DNA from: an uncultured Chlamydiales bacterium
Lineage (GTDB): Bacteria; Chlamydiota; Chlamydiia; Chlamydiales; Rhabdochlamydiaceae
Assembly (NCBI GenBank): GCA_963700985.1
Contig: OY969554.1
Coordinates: 1,248,001-1,312,000, forward strand
Length of the DNA stretch: 64,000 nt
Reading direction: 5' to 3'
Shown in pieces: positions 17,928-27,867 of the stretch. The notes under the pieces are model-generated. The model was not told the DNA's origin, ran no database searches, and worked only from the letters and a program-made list of their open reading frames with translations. Numbering within the stretch: position 1 is the first letter of the stretch; each line of letters begins with the position of its first letter. Both the position numbers and the translations under genes were made by a program.

Positions 17928-20349
17928 CGTAGTGTTCAACAAAGTGCACTTTAAGGCCTTTTTTAAGGTAGGCAGGCAGCTCGTCGTAATCTCGCGCATT
18001 ATCTTTGGGGAAAATGAGAACTTTTACTTTAGAGCGTTTGGCTGCGATGAGTTTTTCCTTTAGTCCGCCAATTGGCAAAACTTTTCCTGTTAAAGTGATC
18101 TCACCTGTCATGCCTAAATTTTCACGTACAGGCTTGTTCTTCAAAAGCGAAATCAGTGCCGTTACCATGGTTACACCAGCCGAAGGTCCATCTTTTGGTG
18201 TTGCACCTTCAGGAATATGCACGTGCACTTGACACTTCTCAAAGAAGCCGATTTTTGGCGCATATTTTTTAACATTGCTATTGAGATAAGACCAAGCGAT
18301 CTGTGCAGACTCCTTCATGACGTCACCAGCTTGACCGGTCAGTTTCATCTCAACCTTTTCCGCACTCACACGAATTGCTTCAACATAGAGTGTAGCGCCC
18401 CCGTGTGAAGTCCAGGCCAAGCCCATGCATACACCCACAGGCGTGTGCTCATAATAGCGATCTGAGGTAAAAATAGGCTTGCCGAGATAGTCTTTGAGAT
18501 TGCTTTCCGTGATCTGGTAGTGCTCTTCTTTTTTGGTGCGCTTTTCCATGCCTTTGACGATCTTCACGGCTACTTTGCGCAGAACCTTTTTAATTATGTT
18601 CTCCAAATTTCTAACACCAGCTTCACGCGCATAACCGTTGATGATCTGCTTTAAAACACCACGTGTAAATTCCACATCAGATAATTTAAGACCCATCGCT
18701 TTGCGGTTTCGCGGAATCAGATACTTTTTGGCAATTTCAACTTTCTCCTCCAAAATGTACCCCGATAGCCGTAAGACATCCATACGGTCTTTAAGGGCAT
18801 CTGGAATTGTATCCAGCACGTTAGCCGTCACAATGAATAGCACATTGGAAAGATCGCAACGCACGTCTAGATAGTGATCCAAGAAATCTTTGTTCTGCTC
18901 TGGATCTAAAACCTCAAGCAGCGCCGAGGCTGGATCGCCATGGTAGCTCGATCCCATCTTATCTACCTCGTCGAGCATGATGATTGGATTCATCGCTTGA
19001 GTAAACTTAAGCGCTTGAATCAACTTTCCAGGCATCGCCCCGATGTAAGTACGTCTATGACCTTTAATCTCCGCTTCATCGCGCATACCACCCACTGAAA
19101 AGCGGTAAAACTGACGATTTAAAGCGCGCGCAATACTTTTGCCAATGCTGGTCTTTCCAACGCCTGGGGGGCCAACTAAACCAATAATACTGCCCTTTAC
19201 GCCGCCGCTTAACTTACCAACGCTGATAAATTCTAAGATGCGTTCTTTAATATCGTTGAGACCATAATGGTCCTCTTCCAAAACTTTCTTAGCCACTTTT
19301 AGATCGTGATGCTCTTGGCTGTACATTCCCCATGGGATAATGGTGAGCCAATCGAGATAATTACGGCAGACAGCATACTCTGCGGATTGCACTTCCAACA
19401 CGCTGAGTTTTTCTAGCTCGTCTTTGATTACCGTCATTACATCAGCAGGAACTTCGCGTTTCTTTAAACGGCCTTCAAATTTCTCGACATCTACCGTCTT
19501 ATCATCTTTTTCCAGGCCCAGCTCTTTTTTAATTGTCTTGAGTTGCTCGCGCAAAAAGAACTCGCGCTGCGTCTTGGAAATAGATGATTCGATCTTCTGA
19601 TTGATGCTGTTTTGCAATTTGCTGAGATCGAGCTCTTTTTTAAGCAGCATGAGCGCTTTATCAATACGCCCTTGCAGGTCGAATGTCTCTAAAACGTCTT
19701 GAAGCTCTTCACGGCTGGCAGTAGTTAATGCCACTGCAAAATCGGCGAGTTTACCTGGCTCAGTAAAATCCGAATGTCCTAAAAAGATTTGCAACTCTTC
19801 TTTAAACAAAGGATTGAGTTTAAGCAGCTCTTTGATCGTTGTGATGATGCTGATGGAATACGCTTTGAGCTCTTTTGAGAGCTTACCTGGGATGTCATCA
19901 TGATAAGCCACTTGCGCTTTCAAATTTTTCCCAGCACGCAGCGGCTTGACTACACTGATGCGCTTTTCCATATTAAGCACAACTTGAGCGCCACCTTGCT
20001 CCATGGGAATGATCCGCAAAATTCTAGCCAACACACCCACAGAATAGAGATCATCGAACCCAATCTTATAGATGTTGACGTCTTCCTGTTTAGTGAGGAA
20101 GAGTCCCATGCATTTATGCTCGGATTTGGCCACATTTTTCAAAATTTCGTAATACGCTCCAGGCTCGATAACGAGAGGTGCGGCCATGCCTGGGAAAAAT
20201 GGACGTCTTGTAAGGGGGATGACAAAGACTTGTTCGGGCGATTCAGACTGAGCTTTTTCTCTATTCTGATCTTCCTTAATCGATTCCTTGACCGTCTCGA
20301 CAATAGATTCTTCTTCTGATCCTGGATCGTTGTTCTTTTCGTTATTCAA
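17899..20349 (-). CDS. lon: Lon protease
   Basis: GPPGVGKTS, GHRRTYIGAMPG and PKDGPSAG motifs. Confidence 0.98.
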   Translation of the reverse strand: MNNEKNNDPGSEEESIVETVKESIKEDQNREKAQSESPEQVFVIPLTRRPFFPGMAAPLVIEPGAYYEILKNVAKSEHKCMGLFLTKQEDVNIYKIGFDDLYSVGVLARILRIIPMEQGGAQVVLNMEKRISVVKPLRAGKNLKAQVAYHDDIPGKLSKELKAYSISIITTIKELLKLNPLFKEELQIFLGHSDFTEPGKLADFAVALTTASREELQDVLETFDLQGRIDKALMLLKKELDLSKLQNSINQKIESSISKTQREFFLREQLKTIKKELGLEKDDKTVDVEKFEGRLKKREVPADVMTVIKDELEKLSVLEVQSAEYAVCRNYLDWLTIIPWGMYSQEHHDLKVAKKVLEEDHYGLNDIKERILEFISVGKLSGGVKGSIIGLVGPPGVGKTSIGKSIARALNRQFYRFSVGGMRDEAEIKGHRRTYIGAMPGKLIQALKFTQAMNPIIMLDEVDKMGSSYHGDPASALLEVLDPEQNKDFLDHYLDVRCDLSNVLFIVTANVLDTIPDALKDRMDVLRLSGYILEEKVEIAKKYLIPRNRKAMGLKLSDVEFTRGVLKQIINGYAREAGVRNLENIIKKVLRKVAVKIVKGMEKRTKKEEHYQITESNLKDYLGKPIFTSDRYYEHTPVGVCMGLAWTSHGGATLYVEAIRVSAEKVEMKLTGQAGDVMKESAQIAWSYLNSNVKKYAPKIGFFEKCQVHVHIPEGATPKDGPSAGVTMVTALISLLKNKPVRENLGMTGEITLTGKVLPIGGLKEKLIAAKRSKVKVLIFPKDNARDYDELPAYLKKGLKVHFVEHYDEVYRVAFP

Positions 20350-20473
20350 AATTGTTCCCCATCTAGACGATGTAAATTGTATCTTACGTAGTTGGAAAAA
20401 TTTACCATCTTACTTAAAAAGCCGCAAGGATGCATCTAGTGTTTTTTCCTTCGACTTGCTATTCTATCTCTCT

Positions 20474-21082
20474 ATGACAGCACTATTAATTGACACTAGC
20501 TCTCCCAATGCTTTTATTGCCCTTGCACAAGAGGGAGAACTGCTCGCTCTCAAATGCTTAAACGGCGACAGCCAGCTCTCGAGAAATTTTTTACCATCTA
20601 TCCAAGATCTCATGCGCAGTTGTGAGCTGGGTTTTAAAGAATTGAACTATGTCGCAATTGGCATTGGCCCCGGCTCTTATACAGGCACACGCGTAGCTGC
20701 AACCGTTGGAAAAACGCTGAGTTTCGCGGTGAATATTCCCCTAATCGGCTTTTATTCCCCCTTGGCCTTTCTTCCCTTTGAAGAGGGCTGCTTTGCCGCC
20801 CTTCTCGAAACAAAAAAAGGTGATAGCTTCCTACTAAAAGGTAAAAAGAAGCAGGGAAAACTGGTGGCTCCATTCACGCATGGCTATTTCTCTCCGGCCG
20901 CCCTCGCTACCCAGCTTTTGGATGTCACGCATATCTTCAGCGATAGCTCAATAGAAGATTCGAGGTATGTAAAATCTGCTTTAGAGCTTCCAAGCTTGGC
21001 TGCATATACCTATGAGAGATGGCAAAAAGGAGAGCATGACGCACAAGACTTGGAGCTCCTCTATTTTAATGCTTTAACTTAG
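20474..21082 (+). CDS. tsaB: tRNA threonylcarbamoyladenosine biosynthesis protein TsaB
   Basis: LLIDTS and GIGPGSYTGTRVA motifs; ATG 20474 chosen as the start. Confidence 0.92.
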   Translation: MTALLIDTSSPNAFIALAQEGELLALKCLNGDSQLSRNFLPSIQDLMRSCELGFKELNYVAIGIGPGSYTGTRVAATVGKTLSFAVNIPLIGFYSPLAFLPFEEGCFAALLETKKGDSFLLKGKKKQGKLVAPFTHGYFSPAALATQLLDVTHIFSDSSIEDSRYVKSALELPSLAAYTYERWQKGEHDAQDLELLYFNALT

Positions 21083-21152
21083 GGATTGATCGATATCCCC
21101 CCGATGAGTAAGATTAGCAGTGCAATTTTATAACAGCTAGGTTCTAAGATTC

Positions 21153-21356
21153 ATGACAAGCGTCAAACTTCGCCCAGGCGAACCACTCGATAAAGCCCTC
21201 CGCGTTCTCAAGAAAAAACTTGATAAAGAAGGCGTTATGAAGGCAGCAAAAGCGCACCGTTTCTATGACAAACCCTCTGTCAAAAGCAGAGCTAAGTCTA
21301 AAGCTGCGCTAAAATATAAGAAAATCAAGTCAAGTCCTCCAAAAATTTCTTTCTAG
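21153..21356 (+). CDS. rpsU: 30S ribosomal protein S21
   Basis: [14 protein letters not shown]...HRFYDKPS. Confidence 0.95.
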   Translation: MTSVKLRPGEPLDKALRVLKKKLDKEGVMKAAKAHRFYDKPSVKSRAKSKAALKYKKIKSSPPKISF

Positions 21357-21361
21357 TTAAA

Positions 21362-21383
21362 GAGCCTATTAATAGATAGGCTC
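21362..21383 (+). terminator. Hairpin after rpsU
   Basis: GAGCCTAT-TAATAG-ATAGGCTC; no strong U tract. Confidence 0.45.
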
Positions 21384-21410
21384 CTAGCACTCGGTTAACA
21401 CGGGTGCTAA
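21384..21410 (+). promoter_or_regulatory. CIRCE element (HrcA operator) upstream of dnaJ
   Basis: CTAGCACTC-N9-GGGTGCTAA compared with the consensus TTAGCACTC-N9-GAGTGCTAA. Confidence 0.88.
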
Positions 21411-21477
21411 AATCACGCTGGAAAAAAGTCGCGTTTCATGCTATTATTTGTGTAAATCAATTAACTGTAGATGACCC

Positions 21478-22638
21478 ATGACAGATTTTTATCAAACATT
21501 AGGCATCCAACGCGGGGCCACTCCTGACGAGATCAAAAAAGCGTACCGCAAAAACGCTGTTAAATATCACCCTGATAAGAATCCCGGCGACCCTAAAGCC
21601 GAAGCCAAATTCAAAGAAATCTCCGAAGCTTACGAAGTCTTAAGCGACGAAAAAAAACGCCAGATCTATGACCAATATGGTGCAGATGCCTTAAAAGGTG
21701 CTGCAGGTATGGGTGGCATGGGTGGCGGACATCCGGGATTCTCCTCGATGGAAGAAGCTCTACGTACATTCATGGGCGCTTTCGGCGGATCTGCCGGCTC
21801 TGACAATATCTTCGAATCACTCTTTGGCTTTGATAATGACGCTTCTGAAAGCAGCGCACGCCAAGGCGCCAGCAAGAAGATGAACTTAACTATTTCCTTT
21901 GAAGAAGCGGTCCGAGGCGTTGAGAAAGAAGTGGCTCTTACTGCCTATCAGACCTGCACAACTTGCGATGGAAATGGAGCAGCCTCTCCTGATAGCATCA
22001 AAAAATGCGTGCGCTGCCAAGGCACCGGCCAACTACATCAATCGCGCGGCTTTTTCAGCATGGCTACCGCTTGTAATCAGTGCTACGGTCGCGGAAAAAT
22101 CATCACCAAAGCTTGCCCGACTTGCGAAGGTGAAGGACGCGTTAAAGAAAAACAGCGTGTTACAATCAAAATTCCTCCCGGCGTTGATAACGGCATGAGA
22201 CTCAGAATGTCAGGCTATGGAGATGCAGGCGAAGGCGGCGGACCTCCTGGCGATTTATACGTCTTTATCACCGTGCAGCCTCACGAAGTTTTTGAACGCG
22301 AAGGTGATGATGTGTTGCTCGAGATCCCTATCAGCTTCTCTGAAGCTGCATTAGGCTGTAAAAAGGAGATCCCCTCTCCTCTTGGCAAATCTTGTCGGAT
22401 TACCATTGCTGAAGGAACCCAATCTGGAAAGGTGCTGCGTGTTAAAGGCGAAGGCATTCCCAATGTACATGGCCAAGGCACTGGAGATCTTTTAACCAAG
22501 ATTATCGTTGAAACACCCGTTCGCTTATCTGAAAAGCAGAAAGAGTTACTTGAAAAATTCGGCGAACTTGAGAAGGAGAATAACTCTCCTAGAAAGCAGG
22601 GTTTCCTCGACAAGATTAAAGGCTTTTTTAGCTGCTAA
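21478..22638 (+). CDS. dnaJ: Chaperone DnaJ
   Basis: HPD J-domain, G/F-rich region and four CxxCxGxG repeats. Confidence 0.98.
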   Translation: MTDFYQTLGIQRGATPDEIKKAYRKNAVKYHPDKNPGDPKAEAKFKEISEAYEVLSDEKKRQIYDQYGADALKGAAGMGGMGGGHPGFSSMEEALRTFMGAFGGSAGSDNIFESLFGFDNDASESSARQGASKKMNLTISFEEAVRGVEKEVALTAYQTCTTCDGNGAASPDSIKKCVRCQGTGQLHQSRGFFSMATACNQCYGRGKIITKACPTCEGEGRVKEKQRVTIKIPPGVDNGMRLRMSGYGDAGEGGGPPGDLYVFITVQPHEVFEREGDDVLLEIPISFSEAALGCKKEIPSPLGKSCRITIAEGTQSGKVLRVKGEGIPNVHGQGTGDLLTKIIVETPVRLSEKQKELLEKFGELEKENNSPRKQGFLDKIKGFFSC

Positions 22639-23527
22639 TTTTATCCTCTTCCTTCGGGAAGAGGTAGACCATCAGGAAGGCGCCGATGACGACCAGTATA
22701 AACCCTAAGAAGGTATAAACTGAGATTTCGCGCCCCCAGATCAGCCAGTCTACCATTATCCCAAAGATCACGCTTGCATAGAGAAAAACACTGATCATGC
22801 GCACGGGCCCATGCTTGCAGGCGAGCGTATAGAGAATCTGAAAAGAAACTCCGGTTAAGCCGATCATTCCAAGCCAAAAGATCCCGCTCCAATCAAGAGA
22901 GTTCCAGTTTTGCTGCGGGTTGACGAGCACGACCACTCCACTAGCCACAACTCCGACCAAAAAATAGTAGAATAATGTTCGCTCAAAGGGCTCAGTATAA
23001 TGCGCAAAACGCAATGCAACGGATGAAACAGCCCCAAACATTCCCGCGATAAGCGCCCATAGCGATGCGACCTGAAAAACACCTTCCCCAGGGTTTAAAA
23101 CTAGAATAATGCCTAAAAAGGCCACACCAATCCCCCAAAAGATCTTATGTGGAATGGGAATGCCTCTCCATATTAGTGCCACGAACGGCACGAAAATAGG
23201 CATGGTATTAAAGAGTAGGGTCGCATCAGTTAAATATAGCGACTTCAACGAGTAGTAATAGAAAAAGATACTCCCAAGACCCGCAAGGCCTCGCACTAGA
23301 TGGATCTTCCATTCGCGCGTGGTAAGCAGCTGCTTCCAACTCACCGCACGCGAGATCTCAATCCAGATAGCAATTACGAATAAAGAGAGTAGCATTCGGC
23401 CAAAAACCATCATCTCAACTGAAAGAGAAGAAGAGGCATACTGCGCCATCGCACCTGTCAGGGTGCTAAAAAGCGAGGCAATTAATACGTAGGGAATGGC
23501 CAGGTGTAACTGCCTTTTAGGGCGCAT
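22628..23527 (-). CDS. DMT/EamA family transporter
   Basis: About 10 TM helices in two EamA-like halves. Confidence 0.85.
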   Translation of the reverse strand: MRPKRQLHLAIPYVLIASLFSTLTGAMAQYASSSLSVEMMVFGRMLLSLFVIAIWIEISRAVSWKQLLTTREWKIHLVRGLAGLGSIFFYYYSLKSLYLTDATLLFNTMPIFVPFVALIWRGIPIPHKIFWGIGVAFLGIILVLNPGEGVFQVASLWALIAGMFGAVSSVALRFAHYTEPFERTLFYYFLVGVVASGVVVLVNPQQNWNSLDWSGIFWLGMIGLTGVSFQILYTLACKHGPVRMISVFLYASVIFGIMVDWLIWGREISVYTFLGFILVVIGAFLMVYLFPKEEDKISS

Positions 23528-23600
23528 CTTGCTATAAACCTACAGTTAGGATAGTTATCTATGTGGTAGCGCAGAAAAGAAAAATAGGCAATCCCCGAAT

Positions 23601-24671
23601 ATGAAGCCTCAACCAATTAAGCCGGAAAAACTCCCTATTCGTTCTTTGGATTGCCACACACTTGGAGAGCTCCTTAGCCAAGCTTATTTTACTCTGGGCC
23701 GATTTGAAGCTTTAACAGCCATTTGTGCAAATCCGAAAACGATCTTTTCGTTGCTCGTCAAAGAAGAAGCCTTAAACTCATTACACGCCCAACACATCGA
23801 GCTCTTTTTAAAACAACTTTTCGAAGAAGCTTCTACTGCTAAGGTGAAACAAGTTCTCAACTATGAGAAAGCTTGGAAAGAAGCTTCATCTCTCGCTAAA
23901 AAAGCTCCCATTTCTCTAAATCTTATTAAAAAAATGCACACAGTGATGCGCGGAAGATCGAATAGGCCCTCGCCTCATCTCGGAAAGTTTCGTTCATTGC
24001 AAAACTGGATCGGCCCCGAAGGCGGAAAAATCGAGGAAGCCTACTTTTTTCCACCGAAACCTACGCATGTAGCGGCTTTCATGGAAAACCTAATGCATTA
24101 TTTACGTGAGACCAAGCAAGACAAACTCATTCAACTCGCGCTTTTTTTTGCACAGCTTCTCATCATCCACCCTTTTATGGATGGAAATGGCCGAGTTGCA
24201 CGGCTCTTAATTCCTCTTTTTCTCTACAAAAAGAAGATCCTCTCGCAGCCGCTTTTCTTTATGAGCGGCTATTTTATGACGCATCGCGTGCGCTATTTTC
24301 AAAAGCTATATGACATCTCTGCAGAAAAAGATTGGGAAGGTTGGATACGCTTTTTCTTAATCGGAATTATCGAGCAAGGAGAACAGAATTGTACGCAAGC
24401 AGAAGCTCTTTCCTCTCTGCATGTTCAAATGCGCTCGAGTTTAACTAAGTTGCTTAAAGCCCAAGATGCAAAAAAGATTGTGGACTATCTCTTCCTGCAC
24501 CCGATCTTTAATGAAGAAGAGCTGCTCGAAAAAAAACTAATCTCTAATGCAGCCATGCGCAAGGCATTGCGTCATCTTGCAATGCAAGGTTTCTTAAAAA
24601 GAGAGAAGAGTAAAAAAGAAAAGAGGTGGCTTGCACCACCTCTTCTTCACATCAGCAAACTACACAAGTAG
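23601..24671 (+). CDS. Fic domain protein
   Basis: Canonical HPFMDGNGRVAR motif, plus GKFRSLQNWIG. Confidence 0.92.
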   Translation: MKPQPIKPEKLPIRSLDCHTLGELLSQAYFTLGRFEALTAICANPKTIFSLLVKEEALNSLHAQHIELFLKQLFEEASTAKVKQVLNYEKAWKEASSLAKKAPISLNLIKKMHTVMRGRSNRPSPHLGKFRSLQNWIGPEGGKIEEAYFFPPKPTHVAAFMENLMHYLRETKQDKLIQLALFFAQLLIIHPFMDGNGRVARLLIPLFLYKKKILSQPLFFMSGYFMTHRVRYFQKLYDISAEKDWEGWIRFFLIGIIEQGEQNCTQAEALSSLHVQMRSSLTKLLKAQDAKKIVDYLFLHPIFNEEELLEKKLISNAAMRKALRHLAMQGFLKREKSKKEKRWLAPPLLHISKLHK

Positions 24672-24673
24672 AC

Positions 24674-24946
24674 TTATGTAGGTGTGTTGCCTGGGCCCAT
24701 TGTTCCACCACCGCCAATTGCGCTCTTTTTGAGCGTAGCTGCAGCAGGTTTCTTTCTTCTAACAACTTTGCGTTTTGCAGGCTTTTTCTTAGCAGCTGGT
24801 TTTCTTTTAGCTGGCTTTCTCTTTGCAGCTGTTTTTCTCACTGCTTTTCTTTTAGCTGGTTTTCTTTTTACAGCTCTTTTCACTTTGCGTTTTACTGCAG
24901 TTTTACGCTTTTTAGGCGCTGCTTTTCTCTTTGCTTTTTTTGCCAT
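24674..24946 (-). CDS. Histone H1-like, K/R/A-rich nucleoid protein (Hc1/Hc2-like)
   Basis: KRKPA/KRKAA/KRKTA pentapeptide-like repeats; GAGGA RBS. Confidence 0.8.
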   Translation of the reverse strand: MAKKAKRKAAPKKRKTAVKRKVKRAVKRKPAKRKAVRKTAAKRKPAKRKPAAKKKPAKRKVVRRKKPAAATLKKSAIGGGGTMGPGNTPT

Positions 24947-25228
24947 AATTTCCTCTATTGTCGTTTATTCAAGAGTCCGAACCTCTTAAGTCTGAAAAAA
25001 GTGACTAGAGATAGACTCTCTGTTCCGAGCTTTTTTTGCTCATGAACACACATTGTCAGCATTAAAAATTTTATTCAATATTGAACAGCAGAACCGAAGA
25101 AAAAAAATTATGTTTATACTCTTCGCAAGAATCAATTTGCGCAAAAATTTCAAGGAAGGTTGTTTACTACATATGTAGGAAGAAGATAAAATAGGTGTTA
25201 ACTATAAATTCTTGTTTTTAGGAGAGAT

Positions 25229-26647
25229 ATGAAAAAATTTTTAATTCTTTTTACACTCGCTTCGTTTTCGCTATTTCAACCTTTGCATTGTGAAGAGGCG
25301 ACATCAGACGCAATGGAAGAATATCCCGTTGTAGTCTTAGGCGGAGGAGTTGGCGCTCTAACTTCAGCCACATATCTCGCACGCGCAGGAATCTCTCCAC
25401 TTGTTATTACAGGACCTACACCCGGCGGAGCACTTACTCAATCACACTCTGTTCAGAATTGGCCCGGTGAAACCGAAATTTCCGGAATCGATCTCGTTGA
25501 GAAAATGCAAGCTCAAGCTCTTTTAAATGGCGCAGCATTACGACCAGAGGTTGTCGTAGAAGTGGATTTTTCTAAACATCCCTTCATCATCACCACCAAA
25601 GATCCTTACAAAAATGAATTAAAGAAAATCAAAGCGCAAGCTTGCATCATTGCTGTGGGTTCTGTTCCAAATCTGTTAGGTGTTCCGGGAGAAAAAGCAT
25701 ATTTTTCGAATGGTGTTTATAGCTGTGCAGTCTGTGATGGTTCGCTTTACAAAGATAAGACGGTGGCAATTGTAGGCGGTGGCGATGCTGCACTTACTGA
25801 AGCAAACTATCTTTCAAATATCGCTAAAAAGGTCTACATCGTCGTTCGCAAAGAACAATTTAAATCTGTTGAAGAACAGCGTAAACGCGAAATTTTATCT
25901 CGTGCAAATATCGAGGTGCTCTATCGCACTACAATCGAAGAGATAAAAGGCGATGGCGAAAAAGTGACTTCGCTTGTGCTTCAAAAAGATGGTAAACAGA
26001 AGGGAGAACTTCCTGTTGATGCACTCTTTTTAGCAATTGGCGCAAAACCAAATACAGAACTATTCAAAGGTCAGCTAGCTCTTGACGAGCAGGGCTTCAT
26101 CCTTCTGGAAAAACAACAACAAACTTCGGTTAAACGCGTATTTGCATTAGGCGACGTTGTCGACCGTGATTTCAACCAAGCGATTACCGCTGCGGGAGAT
26201 GGTGCAAAAGCTGCCCTCCAAGCACAAAAAGCAATTAGTTTTGCGCCAAGTCTTGCGGAAGAAAAAAAGAAAACCCACTCTGACGTCTCGATTCCAATGC
26301 TAAAGAGCTCTAGTCAACTCAAGCAAGAGATTGAAAAAGCGGGCAAGCCTCTTTTCGTCTACTTTTCTTCGCCCACGTGCGGACCTTGCCGCAGTTTTGC
26401 TCCTATCTATCAACAATGGGCTAATGAGAACTCTTCAAAAATTCGCTTTTTGAAAGTCGATATTACAGAGGCCTCAGCAGAGCTTAGTAATCGCTATCAA
26501 ATTAGAGCCATTCCGTGTCTAATTGTTCTTGATAAAGATGGGAATGTCATCCGTAAAGAAGAAGGCACAAGACAGCTTTCTGCGGTCGGCGTGCGCCTTT
26601 CAGAGCTGAAGAAAAAAGATCAGCTCGATTCGACTGATATCCGTTAA
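25229..26647 (+). CDS. Thioredoxin reductase-thioredoxin fusion with predicted signal peptide
   Basis: GGGVGA, CAVCDG, VGGGDAA and ALGDV (TrxB), followed by a CGPC thioredoxin domain. The N-terminus is MKK plus a hydrophobic stretch. Confidence 0.9.
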   Translation: MKKFLILFTLASFSLFQPLHCEEATSDAMEEYPVVVLGGGVGALTSATYLARAGISPLVITGPTPGGALTQSHSVQNWPGETEISGIDLVEKMQAQALLNGAALRPEVVVEVDFSKHPFIITTKDPYKNELKKIKAQACIIAVGSVPNLLGVPGEKAYFSNGVYSCAVCDGSLYKDKTVAIVGGGDAALTEANYLSNIAKKVYIVVRKEQFKSVEEQRKREILSRANIEVLYRTTIEEIKGDGEKVTSLVLQKDGKQKGELPVDALFLAIGAKPNTELFKGQLALDEQGFILLEKQQQTSVKRVFALGDVVDRDFNQAITAAGDGAKAALQAQKAISFAPSLAEEKKKTHSDVSIPMLKSSSQLKQEIEKAGKPLFVYFSSPTCGPCRSFAPIYQQWANENSSKIRFLKVDITEASAELSNRYQIRAIPCLIVLDKDGNVIRKEEGTRQLSAVGVRLSELKKKDQLDSTDIR

Positions 26648-26813
26648 GAGATTGTCCACAAACTAGGCCTTTTAGAGATTTGCGGAGCTTTTCGATGAGA
26701 TTTTTTCTCCCTCGACGAAGACAATGTCGGGACGGTGACATGGCTGAGGAGGGGGAGGAAAAAGATCGCGAAAAGATCTCAAAGATCGAAGGCCTAGTTT
26801 GTGGACAGTCTCT
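26647..26813. mobile_element. RPE-like/MITE-like palindromic element (167 bp)
   Basis: 25-bp terminal inverted repeats with 24/25 match (AGAGATTGTCCACAAACTAGGCCTT/AAGGCCTAGTTTGTGGACAGTCTCT), plus nested stems. Confidence 0.8.
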
Positions 26814-26951
26814 AATACAGAAGGGCCTGTTCAATAAATTATTGGTACAACAAACCTCTTAACATGTGTATTAATATTTTTTAATACTAAATTAACTATA
26901 TTTAGTATCTTCAAATCTATATAATATCAATTAATAAAAAAGAGGTTTTTA

Positions 26952-27242
26952 ATGTCAGCAATTTCTCGCTGTTTACCCTGTTTATTTCCAAAATCCCCTC
27001 AGCCTGAACAAGCACCTCACCAAGTGAGCGTACAAGCTCAAAAAGGTAAATTAAGTGATATCCCTTCGCTAGACGATCACACAGTTGAGCTAACCCTGCC
27101 AGGAAGCGCCGATGTCGCTATGGAAGAAGCACCTAGACCAGTTAAAAGCAAGGGCTTGATTAGGCTCTCTCAACCGACTCTTGCTCGCACGGCTCCTTCT
27201 TCAACTCTGCTTGATGCTATAGATTCAATAATAAAGGTTTAA
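26952..27242 (+). CDS. Small disordered hypothetical protein
   Basis: AGAGG RBS and AT-rich promoter region; S/P-rich sequence. Confidence 0.65.
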   Translation: MSAISRCLPCLFPKSPQPEQAPHQVSVQAQKGKLSDIPSLDDHTVELTLPGSADVAMEEAPRPVKSKGLIRLSQPTLARTAPSSTLLDAIDSIIKV

Positions 27243-27244
27243 GC

Positions 27245-27859
27245 ATGGCAACAGCTATCGGCTCAACACCACCGACAAATGCACCTATGCCTGCAGCGGC
27301 GAATGTGCCTCATGATCCCCATCGAATCCTTCGGGATTTGATTACGATCGTTGCTATAATTGCAATCGGAACGCTTGCTTCGTCGACATTCGCGATTGGC
27401 GTTGGAGTGGGCGTTTTAGAATCTCTGGTTTTTTTCCCAGCTTTTGCCTTAGCTGCAAAATGCGCCGGTATGCAACCTTTTGGATTACCGCCAAATTACA
27501 ACACTTGGATGAGCAATTGCGTGGCACCAATTGTCGAAGAGTGCCTATTTAGAAGCGTGATACAGCCACTTGCTGAAAAACCAATAGCCTACATTCTGCC
27601 AGCTTTAACCGTTGAGATTTTAGGCGCACAATTTGCACTAGCCAGCTTAGTCACCATTGTTGTGACATCGCTGCTTTTTGGAGTCTCCCATCTTTTCAAT
27701 GGTCATCCAAATGCGTCGAGTCAAGCGATTCATGCGACATTAGGAGGAGTTTTATTAGGTATAGTGGCCGTCCATTTTGGACTTTTAGCCTCTATTGCTG
27801 CCCATATGGTGCATAATACAACCGCAGGCGCACTTGGCGCCTACGCGGAGTTTGCTTAA
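27245..27859 (+). CDS. CPBP (Rce1/Abi-like CAAX protease family) intramembrane metalloprotease
   Basis: EECLFR, FGVSH and AHMVHN motifs. Confidence 0.9.
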   Translation: MATAIGSTPPTNAPMPAAANVPHDPHRILRDLITIVAIIAIGTLASSTFAIGVGVGVLESLVFFPAFALAAKCAGMQPFGLPPNYNTWMSNCVAPIVEECLFRSVIQPLAEKPIAYILPALTVEILGAQFALASLVTIVVTSLLFGVSHLFNGHPNASSQAIHATLGGVLLGIVAVHFGLLASIAAHMVHNTTAGALGAYAEFA

Positions 27860-27867
27860 GAAGCTTT

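Noticed and set aside
20288-20473. Long N-terminal extension of tsaB
   Set aside because: It overlaps the divergent lon start; the family motif begins after ATG 20474.
24674-24946. Short-period DNA repeats as a CRISPR or satellite
   Set aside because: They are explained by K/R/A pentapeptide coding repeats; there are no spacers or cas genes.
26820-26862. Possible degenerate IS-end pair (AGGGCCTGTT...AACAAACCTCT)
   Set aside because: Too short and mismatched to support.
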